Source: Naegleria gruberi (Eukaryota). Taken from it: a DNA stretch of 64,000 nucleotides. The notes under the pieces were generated by a model. The model saw only the letters and a list, made by a program, of their open reading frames with translations. It searched no databases and was not told where the DNA came from. A program made the position numbers and the translations under genes. This document shows, in pieces, positions 1 through 10,912 of this stretch. Positions within the stretch are counted from its first letter, which is position 1, and every line of letters starts with the position of its first letter. The stretch lies in the NCBI GenBank assembly GCA_000004985.1, contig GG738851.1. The stretch is one strand, 5' to 3'.

Positions 1-138
1 AAGAGTAAAAGAGTAAATATATTGAAATTTTTAAGTAGAGAGGTGTAAACCAATGACTGCCTTGGTATTTGTTCGTGTCCTATACTTCTATGGAATAATT
101 CTTATATTGTTGAAGAGTGAAATATTAAGGTAAAGAAT

Positions 139-256
139 GGCTACGGCCATATCACGATGAATGCACTTCATCCCGTCCGATTTGAAAAGTTAAGCATCGT
201 CGAGCCACATCAGTACTGAGGTTGGAGACAACTTGGGAACCTGTGGTGCTGTAGTC
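139..256 (+). rRNA. 5S ribosomal RNA gene
   Basis: GGCTACGGCCATATCACGATGAATGCAC...CATCCCGTCCGAT...GGTTGGAGACAAC..GGGAAC..GGTGCTGTAGTC matches the conserved eukaryotic 5S consensus (helix I ends pair; box A/C region). Followed immediately by a T7 run. Confidence 0.9.
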
Positions 257-263
257 TTTTTTT
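257..263 (+). terminator. Pol III oligo-T terminator of the 5S gene
   Basis: TTTTTTT directly after the 5S 3' end. Confidence 0.7.
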
Positions 264-345
264 GCAAGGAAAAACAAGAATCATACATTTTTGTTTGTAA
301 ACCTCAACAAAATCAATAGTAACTTCAACTTAGAAAACAAAAAAA

Positions 346-1353
346 ATGGAACGCAACCACAGCAAGGATATTCGTAAAGATCCTTCTCCATTATTCGATT
401 TAAAACTTGAGGCTTCTCCCACTCATTCCCTCATGGTTCATAGAAGAATAGTCTGTAACAAGTCGAAACTCTTAAATATGTTACTATTGAGAGAACAAGA
501 ACTGGTTGGCCCGAATGAAATTGTTCATACTCTCCGTATTCAACTTCCAATTGAAGATGGTGAAGAGAATGAAGAGTCTCTGATAGAGGAATTAGTTAAA
601 TACTTTGATCAATGCATTGATTTAATGTACGATCAAAATATTGAGATGAGTACTCATGTTGTGAGAATGGCAATGTTTTTAATGATGGATGCAGATAGAG
701 TCTTAAAGCGTTGGGCAAAGGGGCTATCTGAAACTCTTAATTCTTCCGATTTGCAATTAATTAAGGGGTTGATTGATGATGAAAGTATTGGTTATTCTAA
801 CAAGACTATTAGGTGTTTAATTTCATACTATGGAAATCAAATCACTAAGGAATGCAGTATTCCTCAACAAGTTCTTGATGAATTAATTATTTATGGTGAT
901 TTTCATTCAACCGAAAAGCTTAATGAAGAAGTTGTGGGGTTTTCTCGTAATAGAGATTCTGTAAAAGTTATTCGTTCTGAATTTGTTAATATTGGATTGG
1001 TTTCTAGAGGAGGATATCAAAAATTCAGTGCTTTCGGTGTTGATTGGTTATTGAAACGATTCAATCTGAGTTTTAATGAAGAATTGTTAAAGATTTATGT
1101 TGATGACGATTTTGAGATTTCAGAAACATTGGTTTCTCCTTTGAATATTAGAGTTTACTTTATTTTGTACAGCAAGTATGAACGTGTTTGTGTGGACTTG
1201 AGTAATATTGAACAAATTGAATCTATAGAAAAATATAAGGCGTCCTATCAGGCAAAACATTATTCCAGAAACGGTATGTGCACTTGTTTTGAAAATTTAA
1301 AGGGGTGTGCTAAAGTTTCAGTATATTTAGAAGAGATTGATGATAATGAATAA
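346..1353 (+). CDS. hypothetical protein (possible BTB/POZ-like N-terminal segment)
   Basis: 335-aa uninterrupted ORF starting with ATG. Coding-type composition. Weak BTB-like motif ('SLMVHRRIVCNKSKLLNML'). No confident family assignment. Confidence 0.5.
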   Translation: MERNHSKDIRKDPSPLFDLKLEASPTHSLMVHRRIVCNKSKLLNMLLLREQELVGPNEIVHTLRIQLPIEDGEENEESLIEELVKYFDQCIDLMYDQNIEMSTHVVRMAMFLMMDADRVLKRWAKGLSETLNSSDLQLIKGLIDDESIGYSNKTIRCLISYYGNQITKECSIPQQVLDELIIYGDFHSTEKLNEEVVGFSRNRDSVKVIRSEFVNIGLVSRGGYQKFSAFGVDWLLKRFNLSFNEELLKIYVDDDFEISETLVSPLNIRVYFILYSKYERVCVDLSNIEQIESIEKYKASYQAKHYSRNGMCTCFENLKGCAKVSVYLEEIDDNE

Positions 1354-1575
1354 ATCCTATTATTAATAGTTAATAAAGGGTTGTTCTAAAAAGAAAAAAA
1401 ACTCAAATAACAATAAAGTTAATATCTAGGAAATTGAATATTAAAGATATGGCACCTTAAACATCCGTGTTCGAATCTAGAAGAGAAATCTGAACAAATT
1501 CGGCAACACCAATAAATGTGAATTTATGAAAAATAGAATAGATTCAAAATTTACACTGGCCACAATATGTGTTTC

Positions 1576-2235
1576 TTATAATTTTGAAATAAGCCCATAC
1601 ATATACCATGTTATTGGGTTTTGAACAACTGAAATCACATCCTTGTCCTTCTTCAGCTCGGTGCTAGCATACTCCAGAGCTCCAATTTTATTTTTAATGG
1701 CCCTCAGCACAACCTGTTTATCATTTCTCATGTTAACACTGGCGAATTCCAGAGCTAAGCCGTTATTTTTAACAGCATTCAACACAATTTCTTTATCGTT
1801 TCTAAATTTATCACTGAGATGTCTCAGAGTCAAGCCATTTCCATCAACCATGAATGAAAGAAACTCTTTGTCTTTCCAAAATTTCAATTTGTTAACCATG
1901 ATTTCAAGAAATTCGTAATCTTCTTCACATACTCCTTGTTGGTAATTCTCTTCTGTTATTCTTTTCCATATTTCTGTAGCTTCTGATTCAGAAATATGGA
2001 AAGACAAGTAATTCCCCAGAAATAGTCCCAAATATCGTTTAATTTGCCTCCTGTCTCTTATCAGATCAATCTTCCAACAAATGTACTGGATAGGAATGGT
2101 GTAGTAGGAATTCATAATCTCTTCCATAGTTGTGTCACCCCGCATCTTGGATTGCAGAGAGGCAGAGGAGAATGAAATATCTACTAGTATGATGACTTGT
2201 GAATCTGGAAAACCATGAGAATAATGAAATGTCAT
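1576..2235 (-). CDS. DUF4116-repeat protein
   Basis: 219-aa ORF. C-terminal half has three ~28-aa repeats 'DKEIVLNAVKNNGLALEFAS..NDKQVVLRAIKNKIGALEYAS..KDKDVI' typical of DUF4116 repeats. Confidence 0.5.
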   Translation of the reverse strand: MTFHYSHGFPDSQVIILVDISFSSASLQSKMRGDTTMEEIMNSYYTIPIQYICWKIDLIRDRRQIKRYLGLFLGNYLSFHISESEATEIWKRITEENYQQGVCEEDYEFLEIMVNKLKFWKDKEFLSFMVDGNGLTLRHLSDKFRNDKEIVLNAVKNNGLALEFASVNMRNDKQVVLRAIKNKIGALEYASTELKKDKDVISVVQNPITWYMYGLISKL

Positions 2236-2879
2236 TTTTTTTCGTTAAATGGAAGATTCGAAAAGAGTTTTACTGAGAATATATTTAACAGTGAGAATTT
2301 TGTAAGGTGATATTCCTCCTATGGAAGATTACTATCACTAAAGTACTTAATTCAACTTGTTCACGAATCTTGTTTGAAGTAATTCCAGAGATCAAGATCT
2401 GAGTGATGTATAGTTCATTATGAAAGTGTTGCTACTCTCGTTAGTTTGTTATTTGGTAGTAATTATAATCGACATTGTGTCAGACTGTATTTAGCAATCT
2501 CAATGTTATAAATATTGTCAAAATATTCATATCCACAATATAGCAAGATGGTTGCCATCAGAGTTTGCAAAAGCAAAATGAAGAAATACTCAAAGGTGCT
2601 AAAGCTTGAAAGGAATGGAAATATATCCCATTTTACCTATTTCGTTGAATAAAAAGTCTTCATCCACAGAATACTTTACATACTTCATATCTGCTATCTC
2701 CACTTTAGACAATATTTCAGTAATTTCACTCCTTAAGAACTTATTCACACATTATTTCACTCTTAACACAAGTTTATCCACAAAGAATGAGAACTAAGAA
2801 AGTGGAGAAAACCACGCGAGTGATTCCTCATCCAAAAGAATACAATACCCAACACAAGCTTGTGTTCTCAGTGACGTTT

Positions 2880-3900
2880 CATTTCACTAATGAATTTGCC
2901 CTTCTACATCAATTTCATTGTTAGAAATATTAAGTGATGTTAATTGTTTCATTTCACTTATGAATTTGGCTCCTTCATCACTAATTCTATTGTAAGAAAT
3001 ATTAAGTGATGTTAATTGTTTCATTTCGCTAATATATTTGGCTCCTTCTATACCAATTTCATTTTCAGAAATATTAAGTGATGTTAATTGTTTCATTTCA
3101 CTTATGAATTTAGCTCCTTCATCACCAATTCTATTGTAAGAAATATTAAGTGATGTTAATTGTTTCATTTCACTTATGAATTTGGTTCCTTCATCACCAA
3201 TTTCGATTTCCAGAAATATTTAGTGATGTTAATTGTTTCATTTCACAATGTATTTGGCTCCTTCATCACAAATTCGATTGTTAGAAATATCAAGTGATGT
3301 TAATTGCTTCATTTCACTTATAAATTTGGCTCCTCGATCACCAGTTATATTGTAAGAAATATTAAGTGATGTCAATTGTTTCATTTCGCTTATGAATTTG
3401 GCTCCTCGATCACCAATTTCATTGTAATTGATATTAAGTGATGTTAATTGTTTCATTTCACTTATGAATTTGGCTCCTTCTATGCCAATTTCATTGTTAG
3501 AAATATCAAGTAATGTTAATTGTTTCATTTCACTTATGAATTTGGCTCCTTCTATGCCAATGAGATTGTAATAAATATTAAGTAATGTTAATTGTTTCAT
3601 TTCACTTATGAATTTGGCTCCTTCTATGCCAATGAGAGTGTAATAAATATTAAGTGATGTTAATTGTTTCATTTCACTGATATATTTGGCTCCTTCATCA
3701 CCAATTCTATTGCCACGAATATCAAGTGATGTTAATTGTTTCATTTCACTTATGAATTTGGCTCCTTCATCACCAATTTCATTTTCACGAATATTTAGTG
3801 ATGTCAATTGTTTCATTTCACTGATATATTTGGCTCCTTCATCACCAATTCGATTGCCACGAATATTTAGTGATGTTAATTGTTTCATTTCAGTTACTAA
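2880..3900. repeat. Tandem array (~14 units) of a 72-bp repeat encoding 24-aa leucine-rich repeats
   Basis: Unit 'tttcacttatgaatttggctccttcatcaccaatt..attg..agaaatattaagtgatgttaattgtttca' repeats head-to-tail with >90% identity. Each unit encodes EMKQLTSLNISxNxIGDEGAKFIS on the minus strand. Confidence 0.85.
2887..3237 (-). pseudogene. Frameshifted continuation of the LRR array beyond the stop of the F-box/LRR gene (truncated/decayed repeats or assembly indels)
   Basis: Just downstream of the stop at ~3238 the 72-bp repeat continues. One unit has a 1-nt deletion ('attgtgaaatg' versus 'ataagtgaaatg') followed by a 1-nt insertion ('aatcgaaattgg' versus 'aatagaattgg'). Frame is restored (ORF 2887..3168 is in the same frame as 3238..4266) but TGA/TAA stops lie in between. 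Confidence 0.4.
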
Positions 3901-4266
3901 TTCGAGTTCTTCTATGGCTTCCAGCAAATTTGTTGAAAATTTAACATTAACAATACTATTCATAAATTGGCTTTTCATACATAATTCAACTCGTTTCTCT
4001 GTAATTTTGTTTTTAAATTGAATAACAAGTTTTGAACGTTCCTTGATCACATTAAAGAATTGTTTTGAAATCAAAGTACAATTATTTAAAATAAACCACG
4101 AATCATCAAGCATTGAAATTATTTCAAAACAAATATCATCAGAAAATATTTCTTGTGTGTCGAGTTTCACAAACTTTTTTGCTTTCTCTTCCATAAAATT
4201 ATTATTATTGAATATTTCCTCCGAATTAATGAATTGATGATTTTCCTCTCTGTTTCGTTTGCTCAT
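3238..4266 (-). CDS. F-box-like / leucine-rich-repeat (RNI-type LRR) protein
   Basis: 342-aa ORF. N-terminal F-box-like segment ('IFSDDICFEIISMLDD...CTLISKQFFNVI') followed by nine or more 24-aa LRRs 'EMKQLTSLNIxxNxIGDEGAKYIS'. Confidence 0.65.
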   Translation of the reverse strand: MSKRNREENHQFINSEEIFNNNNFMEEKAKKFVKLDTQEIFSDDICFEIISMLDDSWFILNNCTLISKQFFNVIKERSKLVIQFKNKITEKRVELCMKSQFMNSIVNVKFSTNLLEAIEELELVTEMKQLTSLNIRGNRIGDEGAKYISEMKQLTSLNIRENEIGDEGAKFISEMKQLTSLDIRGNRIGDEGAKYISEMKQLTSLNIYYTLIGIEGAKFISEMKQLTLLNIYYNLIGIEGAKFISEMKQLTLLDISNNEIGIEGAKFISEMKQLTSLNINYNEIGDRGAKFISEMKQLTSLNISYNITGDRGAKFISEMKQLTSLDISNNRICDEGAKYIVK

Positions 4267-4460
4267 TTTTTAAATTAGTATTTTGGACTAACATGCTTTC
4301 AATTAATCTGCTTGCCTGTTTAGTTTGAATTTTTGGTTTTACTGTATTCTGCTTAAGCCTACCTTTCCAGTGCACTTTATGATGTTTGGGAATTTTAATA
4401 ATAGAATTTACAAAATTTCCAAATTAGATTGGTCAGACATTCAATTTATTTACATAATTT

Positions 4461-7049
4461 TTACCTTAGATTTACAATATTTTCCTTTCCTTCAGGATGA
4501 AGAATTGTTGGGAGTTTCTTTGTTATCTTTACACCAATAGTTGCTTGTTGAGGAATGTTTTCCAAAATATTTTGTGAGTTGGCTTGTTGAAGAGGTTTTC
4601 GTTTAACAGGAATAACTCTGAAAGAAATATCCCCTTTCTTTCCTTCTTCAGGCTCAACAATTGAAGTTGGAGAAGTTGGAGATGGTTGTTGTCCTGAAAC
4701 TGATTCAGTAGCCATATTTGGTGAGCTAATGGCTCTCTTAATTGTTTCTTCGCTTTGGACAATTTGTAAGAGTTGTGAATTTTGTTGTTGAATGGATTTT
4801 CTCAGAGACTCGTTCTCATCTTTGAGTTTAATCACCAATTGCTCTAGCTCTTCCTTTTCCTTCTTTAATTTTTCTCCTTGATCTGTTGAGAGTTTAGCAA
4901 TTGCCTTATTGTGTTGCTGAACTAAGAGTTCATGTTCCTTTGAAGCACCTGCCAAGTCCACTGACAATCTGATTCTCTTTCCTTCATTCATCATTTGGTT
5001 ATGTTCAAGAGACTTAATTTTAAGGAATAATTCTTGGTTTTGATCAATCAATTTGGCTGTTTTTAGCTCGAGAGAGGATTGTTCTTTCACATAGTGATAT
5101 TCTTTGTTCTTGAGCTTAAATAATTGCTTTTTAAGCTTCTTATATTTCTCCTCTCTTAATTGTTGGTTTTCAAGAAGCTCTGTTATCTTGGTTTCAAATC
5201 TTTGTTTTTCAAAAGATCTTTCCTGTGAAATAACTCTCAATACAGCAAGTTCTTGGTTAAGACTCTTGATTTCCTCACACAGCATGTCCTTTTGCTTTGA
5301 TAGAATGTCCACTTTTGCCTTGAGCTCCTTACTCTCCTCTCTTGTTCCTTCTGGATCCAGAGTAAGTTCAATTTGGTACATTTCCAATTTTCTTTTAAGT
5401 TCATCCATTTCCTTCTTATTGATATAAGATTGAGTGTCGACAGATTGATGAACTGCTACTGCCTTCTCCAACAATGATGAAAAATGTTCCTTAACAGCTT
5501 TCATTTCTTTGATGGCATCCATAATTTCAGTGTTTACCACTGGTGTGCTTGGAGTGGTAACAGTTGGCAATTCCTTTGTAAGCCTAGAAAGTTCATTAAT
5601 CTTGGAAAGAGCTTCGGTATACTTTAAGTGCATTTCTCTCATGGTGTTTTTTAAAGAAATCTCTCTTTCGATGTGGCTTTCTATTTGCTTTTCCTTCTTA
5701 CAAACCATCACTTCAAGCTTTTTAAGTTCTTCTCTGTATTCTTCTACTGCAAAATCATTGGTTTGCTTTTTTTCTGTTATTTGGTTTTCCTTCAATGAAA
5801 TCATCACCATGGCTTGTTTCAACTCACTTTGATATTGAAGAGAAATCTTTTCCACATTTTGTAATAGCTCAGTCTTTGTTGAGGAAAGCTCTCTTCTCAA
5901 GTTCTCGAGGTCACTGGATTTTTCTTGCAAGCAATCCATAGCATGTTTCTTTTTCAATTTCATGTTCTTGACCTTTTTTACTAATCCATCGTTCTCCTGA
6001 CAACTAGCATTCAATTCTGAAAGTAAGTGCTCCTTATGAAATAAGTAAAATTATAAATAATTTGAAACTACTTACATTATCCTTTGATAATTTCTCAATG
6101 ATTTGATCCTTTGTTTGAATAGTCCCAATAAATTCCTTAATTTTTTTTGCGTGCTCTCCCAAATGTTTTGCTGAAATGGAGAGACCTTCTCGTTTAAGCA
6201 TCTCTATTTGTCCTTTATGAGATTTGATTGATTGTCCTTGTAATGCACAAAAGACCATAAATAAAAATAATAGTTTTTGGCTATTATAATTTTCCTTTTG
6301 AATCTGTAAAGGTAAATAAAAATTCTCATTCTAATACTCACCTCTTTTTTGATTGTCTCTTCAAGAAAATTCTCATTGTTATGTATAATTTCGTCTAAGA
6401 ATGGCATTACCTTAGCAGACACAAAGTTCGAAAATCTTCTTTTCGACTCAAAGTTTCCAGTTCCATAACTATCTTGGAACAATTTGATAATCTCTTCTGA
6501 ACTTAATTTTGAAATATCGTAACAGGAGCCCACGAAAAAGTCTTCAATGCTTCCCAAAGAGTCTCCCTCAAGGAATTGGCTCAAATTTTCACAAGTGGTA
6601 AGAAAACTCTCAATCATCTCGGCACTGTTGTTGCTCTTCAATGAACCATTCTTTGAAACACATGTTTGTTGCACGATTGGGGATTGTGTTGGACCGGCAA
6701 TATGTGTTTCCTCTTCTTGATGTTGTTCTTCATCTAATTGTTGTTCGTCAAAGTTTGCAGGATTTGAAATAAAGGAAAATAAGGATTCATCTATTGTAGA
6801 CATATCGATTTTAGATTTTTGTACATTAGGATCTAGGTTGCTATCATCCTCAAGGAATGAAGCCAAATTATTATTTGTTGGTTCCGGAACTCCATCATCA
6901 CTTGAAAATGGACTTATATCAGTGGAATGTGCTCCTTGTTTAAAATAACTGTTTAACCCTTTTGATGCACTTCCCTTACTGGCTGATGATTGTGGCGTTA
7001 CCTTCTCTTCTTTAGGGGATAGATGAAATGAGTGGAAGATGTCATTCAT
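4461..7049 (-). CDS. Ser-rich N-terminal / long coiled-coil protein, 3 exons
   Basis: Exon 1 is 6342..7049 (ATG at 7049, 'MNDIFHS...'). Intron 1 is 38 nt (6304..6341, GTGAGT..TTTACAG). Exon 2 is approximately 6076..6303 ('IQKENYNSQKLLFLFMVFCALQGQ...KLSKDN'). Exon 3 ends at stop 4461 and is ~517 aa of heptad-rich coiled coil. The exon 2/3 junction is ambiguous: either donor GTAGTT at 6071 with acceptor TTTCAG at 6017, or donor GTAAGT at 6075 with acceptor TGTCAG at ~5997. Both keep the frame. Confidence 0.6.
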
Positions 7050-7181
7050 TTTTTTTCTAAGATTTTAAAACACATAACGGAATGATGGCGCGAGATGTTT
7101 TCCCTCCAAAATCCCTTGTTGCTGTTGTTGGCTGATGAGGTTGAATGAAATGAAAAAATTTTAAGAATTGATACAAAGTAT

Positions 7182-8565
7182 TTATTTCAAATTGAACATG
7201 GAAAGGTATTGAGCATCACTCTCATAAGTGACTTGTGGTAGGGGAAGTTTAGAACTTGCTGGGCTCCATGTACCTCTCAGAGATGGAAGTCTTTGGGCTG
7301 CATTTTGAGATCCAATTGTATTGTCAAAACGAATATATACCATACCATTTGTGTCTTGATTATCTAGAAAAATGTGTAGAATATTTCCAAAACTCTTACA
7401 TGCTTTTCTTATACTATCTTCCACAACTTTTAATTGATCACTTTGAAAATTGTTAAAGAGCTTAAAAATTGAAAACTTACACTGATGGGTCAAACATGTG
7501 ACTCACTGAAATATTTTGAGATAATGATCCTCTTACGTCAGTAGAAATGAGAGTGTTAAATCTCTCTGCATAAATATTTGAAGATGGTTTTTGAGAATAA
7601 TTATTGTTGTTATAATTTGGTTTTTCTTCCTCATAATCGTCTTGATTGTCAGTTCTTTTTTCAGCCTCATTTTCACTATAAAAACCAACCTTTAAATTTG
7701 GATATTTTGAAGAAAAAGACAGTCCATTCAATTTGGAAACTGCTTTTCTTGCACCTTCAAATCTTTGAAACGTAATAATTGCTACACCATTAAAGTTTCC
7801 AGCATCATCATTTTTCATATCAATCTTTCCAATATATCCAAATGCACCAAATAATTGAACTAAATCTGATCTATTAAAAATTGTTGGTACATTACCGGCG
7901 TAAACTTTTGTTTGACCTTGATAATAGTTATCATTAGAATATTTGTCATTGTGTTCATTGTAATCTCTCTTATTCCTCTTTTTTTCCTCAGCTTGTTTTA
8001 CAGTGATAGGAAAACCCCTCACATAGCTTCCATTTAATGCTAAAGCAGGTGTAACAGAAGTAATATCATTAAAAATCACATACGCACATCCTTTTGGTTG
8101 ATTTTTCATGCTAACTTCCAAGTAATTTGTCAAATTATTATTTGCCAACAAATCCTTGATGTCTTGTTCTATTGCATTACTTGGTAATGTTGAAATATAT
8201 ACAGTTTTATCCCTATATTCGTCCTCATAGTTGTTATAATTGTCATAACCGTAATTTCTATTGTAGTGATAAGAATTATCATACTGTGATGAATAAGATC
8301 TATTATAATCCGAATGTTCACTTCTATGTGATGAAGATGATTCTACATTTCCATCCCTATTATCATAATATTTTCTTCTTTTATACTCATCATCATTGTA
8401 TGAATCACGAGAATTTTCATAATTCCTAGAAGAGCCAGAATTATATTGATTAGGATAGGAACGATTACTGCTATTATAATCCCTCTTTCTTTTGTCTCCA
8501 CCATCATTCTCCCATCCATCGTATTTTCTGTAGGCTCTATCATCGTGTTGTGAGTATCGGGACAT
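7182..8565 (-). CDS. RBM39/CAPER-like splicing factor (N-terminal R/S/D/Y-rich domain, two RRMs, C-terminal UHM-like RRM), 2 exons
   Basis: join(7182..7440,7481..8565), complement. A 40-nt intron (7441..7480, GTAAGT..TTTTCAAAG) joins '...SHMFDPSV' to 'DQLKVVEDSIRKACKSFGNILHIFLDN...'. RRM RNP motifs: 'KTVYISTLP..', 'CAYVIF', 'KVYAGNVP..', 'GVAIITF'. Confidence 0.7.
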
Positions 8566-8728
8566 TTTTTTGAATAATTATTAATAGAAATTAATTTTGA
8601 TTAAATAATAATTTATTGTTACAATTATTATTATTTCAATTTGTTTCTTATTATTTACAGAATGTTTCGTTATTATTATTTGGCTTGCACACGTCTTGAT
8701 ATTATTATTTAAATATGATGAACAAATA

Positions 8729-9295
8729 TTAATCCTCATCGCTCTGCAAGTTAGGCTTTTTTCAATATTGTTATTATTATTTCAAAAACTTACAAATCCA
8801 AGATCAACCAACGAGTTAGTAATAGAAGGAGAACTGAATGGTTGTTGGGAATAAATCTCTCCATATCTTTCTCTCTAAATTAAATTATTATTCAAATTAA
8901 TTCATTTAGAAACATACTGTTGATTCATCAACTTCCTTTGCTTGAATATCTTTATATTTAGAAGTTTGTTGTTTTGGAGAAATGTGTATAAATCCTGTTG
9001 GCAATGAATCCTCAAATTCAAAATTTGATTCAATTGTCTTTTTCTTACTCGGTAATTTGGGTGGAAGCTTGTTAATTAGACTTGTTGTGTCCTCTTTCGG
9101 AGGCTTCAATTGTTTACTATTATTATTGCTATGCTTTCTACTAGAGGTATTTTTAAAACTCTTTCCACTACTACTGCTACTACTGATCGACGATTGACTA
9201 TCATCATTCAAATCCATCGATGGCTCCTTTCCGAAAAGAAAATATTCCAATGCAATCTTATTCATTGCTTCCTTGAGCGATTTGTCTCTTTCCAT
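8729..9295 (-). CDS. hypothetical Ser/Lys-rich protein, probable 3 exons including an 81-nt exon and a 15-nt terminal exon
   Basis: ATG at 9295 ('MERDKSLKEAMNKIALEYF...'). Exon 1 runs to ~8918. Intron of 43 nt (GTATGT..AATTTAG). Exon 2 is 8794..8874, 81 nt with no stops ('RERYGEIYSQQPFSSPSITNSLVDLGF'). Intron of 50 nt (GTAAGT..ACTTGCAG). Exon 3 is 8729..8743 ('SDED*'). Frame phases are compatible. Confidence 0.45.
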
Positions 9296-9363
9296 TTTTT
9301 CCTGTGATGAGTCGAACTCTACAATTTTCCAAGCCTTTAAAGTTTTTATCAACACAAGAAAAA

Positions 9364-10887
9364 ATGTCCAACAAACCAATTGACTCTCATCAAGCGAATG
9401 AGGAGAAGAAACGAAAACGATCGGACGTTGCCACTACAAAAAACAAGAAGGATGATCAAAAGAAATTCATCAATAGTATTTCGAGAATATTTTTGCATAC
9501 AGAAACTGAATTGTTTGCCAAGAAGGTAAAGGAAGATGAAAATAAGGATAAATTGTTGGAAGCCATCAAGGAGTTTTTAACAAAAATTAAAAGTCCAGAC
9601 ATGGTTAGGGAAACAATTACAGAAATTGGAAAGATTTTTACTAAAGAAAAATGGGAAAATCATTTTTATATGAATGTTATTAGAAAACTAAGGGAAGATC
9701 CTTCCGATGCCTCAAAAAGAGTTTTAAAATTGATTATTTCTGAACAATCAAATAGATTTGAATCTCTTAAAGGACTTTTTCAGTTTGTCAATAATATTAT
9801 GATTCTGAAAGAACAAGAAAATTTTCAAGTTTCGGCATCAATTTTTTTGGAAATGTTGAAAGTTAACTATTCACATGTTAACTGGTTACTTATTGGTATT
9901 AATGCATTGATAAATTGCTATAATTATGAAATGAATGTGGATGCATTGAAAACTCTGGAAAACATTTTGAATGATTATATAGATATTTGGACTTTTTACA
10001 TTTCTACACCATCAGAAAAACGAAGATTTCAACAATACAAATCAATGATGCCAAAAAAAAGCCTTGATGAAATCAGAACAACCATCATGAATGTTGTTTA
10101 TCCAGGCCAAGAGAAAAAAGAAGTCATACTCATAGAAGAATCAAAATTCAAGATTAGGAAGAAGAAATTGAGAAAGACCACCATAAAAATAAGAAATTCA
10201 TTAGCATTTGAGGTTCATAAAGTGAAAGTTGGATTACATTTAACAAAGCATTTAATGAGAAACTTTGTCACAAATAGATCTAGTAAGGAAAGAAATCACA
10301 TTTTAGCAAAAGTGAACTCTTGCAAGTATGAATTTTATGTAAAATTTGAATCAGTTAAAATGGTGGATATTATGAAAAAGGCTGGATTGAGAGAGGTAAT
10401 TTGTGATCAAATAGTTCAAAATGGATCTAAAAAACAGGAGCCAATAAGAGTCAAAGTTGATTATAAGAATAATCCTGAGCTAGTGGAAGAGAATGGAAAT
10501 TTTTGGATCATGAAAACAATAGATTTGCCCTTCAGATTTACATCTTGCAATTGCACTGTTGAAATTCCTGAGATTGGATACACTCAGGAAGTGGTTGAAT
10601 TATTTGATTTGACCACCAAGATGGAATATCAAATAGATGAATTGCCAAATTTCAGATTCTATGAAAGGACAGGAATGAAGAAAAGAATCAAACCTCTGAA
10701 AGAGAATGTTTTCGATACTGACTTTGGATATTTGGATGGAAATTACTACGCTTATCAAGTCACTCCCTCACTTCCATCCTCATCAACAAATAATAAGCTA
10801 CCTATTCGAGTAATTTTAGAAGGTAGACCAATGAGTAAACTAATAGTAGAAACAAAAATCAAACCAATGAAAAACATTGAGAAATAA
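9364..10887 (+). CDS. hypothetical protein
   Basis: Long uninterrupted ORF. First ATG at 9364 ('MSNKPIDSHQANEEKKRKR...'). No recognisable domain. Confidence 0.5.
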   Translation: MSNKPIDSHQANEEKKRKRSDVATTKNKKDDQKKFINSISRIFLHTETELFAKKVKEDENKDKLLEAIKEFLTKIKSPDMVRETITEIGKIFTKEKWENHFYMNVIRKLREDPSDASKRVLKLIISEQSNRFESLKGLFQFVNNIMILKEQENFQVSASIFLEMLKVNYSHVNWLLIGINALINCYNYEMNVDALKTLENILNDYIDIWTFYISTPSEKRRFQQYKSMMPKKSLDEIRTTIMNVVYPGQEKKEVILIEESKFKIRKKKLRKTTIKIRNSLAFEVHKVKVGLHLTKHLMRNFVTNRSSKERNHILAKVNSCKYEFYVKFESVKMVDIMKKAGLREVICDQIVQNGSKKQEPIRVKVDYKNNPELVEENGNFWIMKTIDLPFRFTSCNCTVEIPEIGYTQEVVELFDLTTKMEYQIDELPNFRFYERTGMKKRIKPLKENVFDTDFGYLDGNYYAYQVTPSLPSSSTNNKLPIRVILEGRPMSKLIVETKIKPMKNIEK

Positions 10888-10912
10888 TGTGAAATAAATT
10901 AATTTATGAAAT

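Noticed and set aside
1643-1918. Many short ORFs on the opposite strand of long genes (e.g. 1643..1918, 3686..4021, 5104..5427, 5509..5832, 11216..11510, 16093..16374, 24635..24949, 31655..32305, 52144..52590, 59101..59463)
   Set aside because: They are antisense or out-of-frame overlaps of strongly supported CDSs, with low-complexity translations. They are expected by chance in AT-rich sequence.
2880-3900. Regular 72-bp direct repeats that might superficially look like a CRISPR-type array
   Set aside because: The repeats are contiguous, with no unique spacers, and they encode in-frame 24-aa leucine-rich repeats of a eukaryotic gene. The context is eukaryotic (introns, tRNA/5S Pol III genes).
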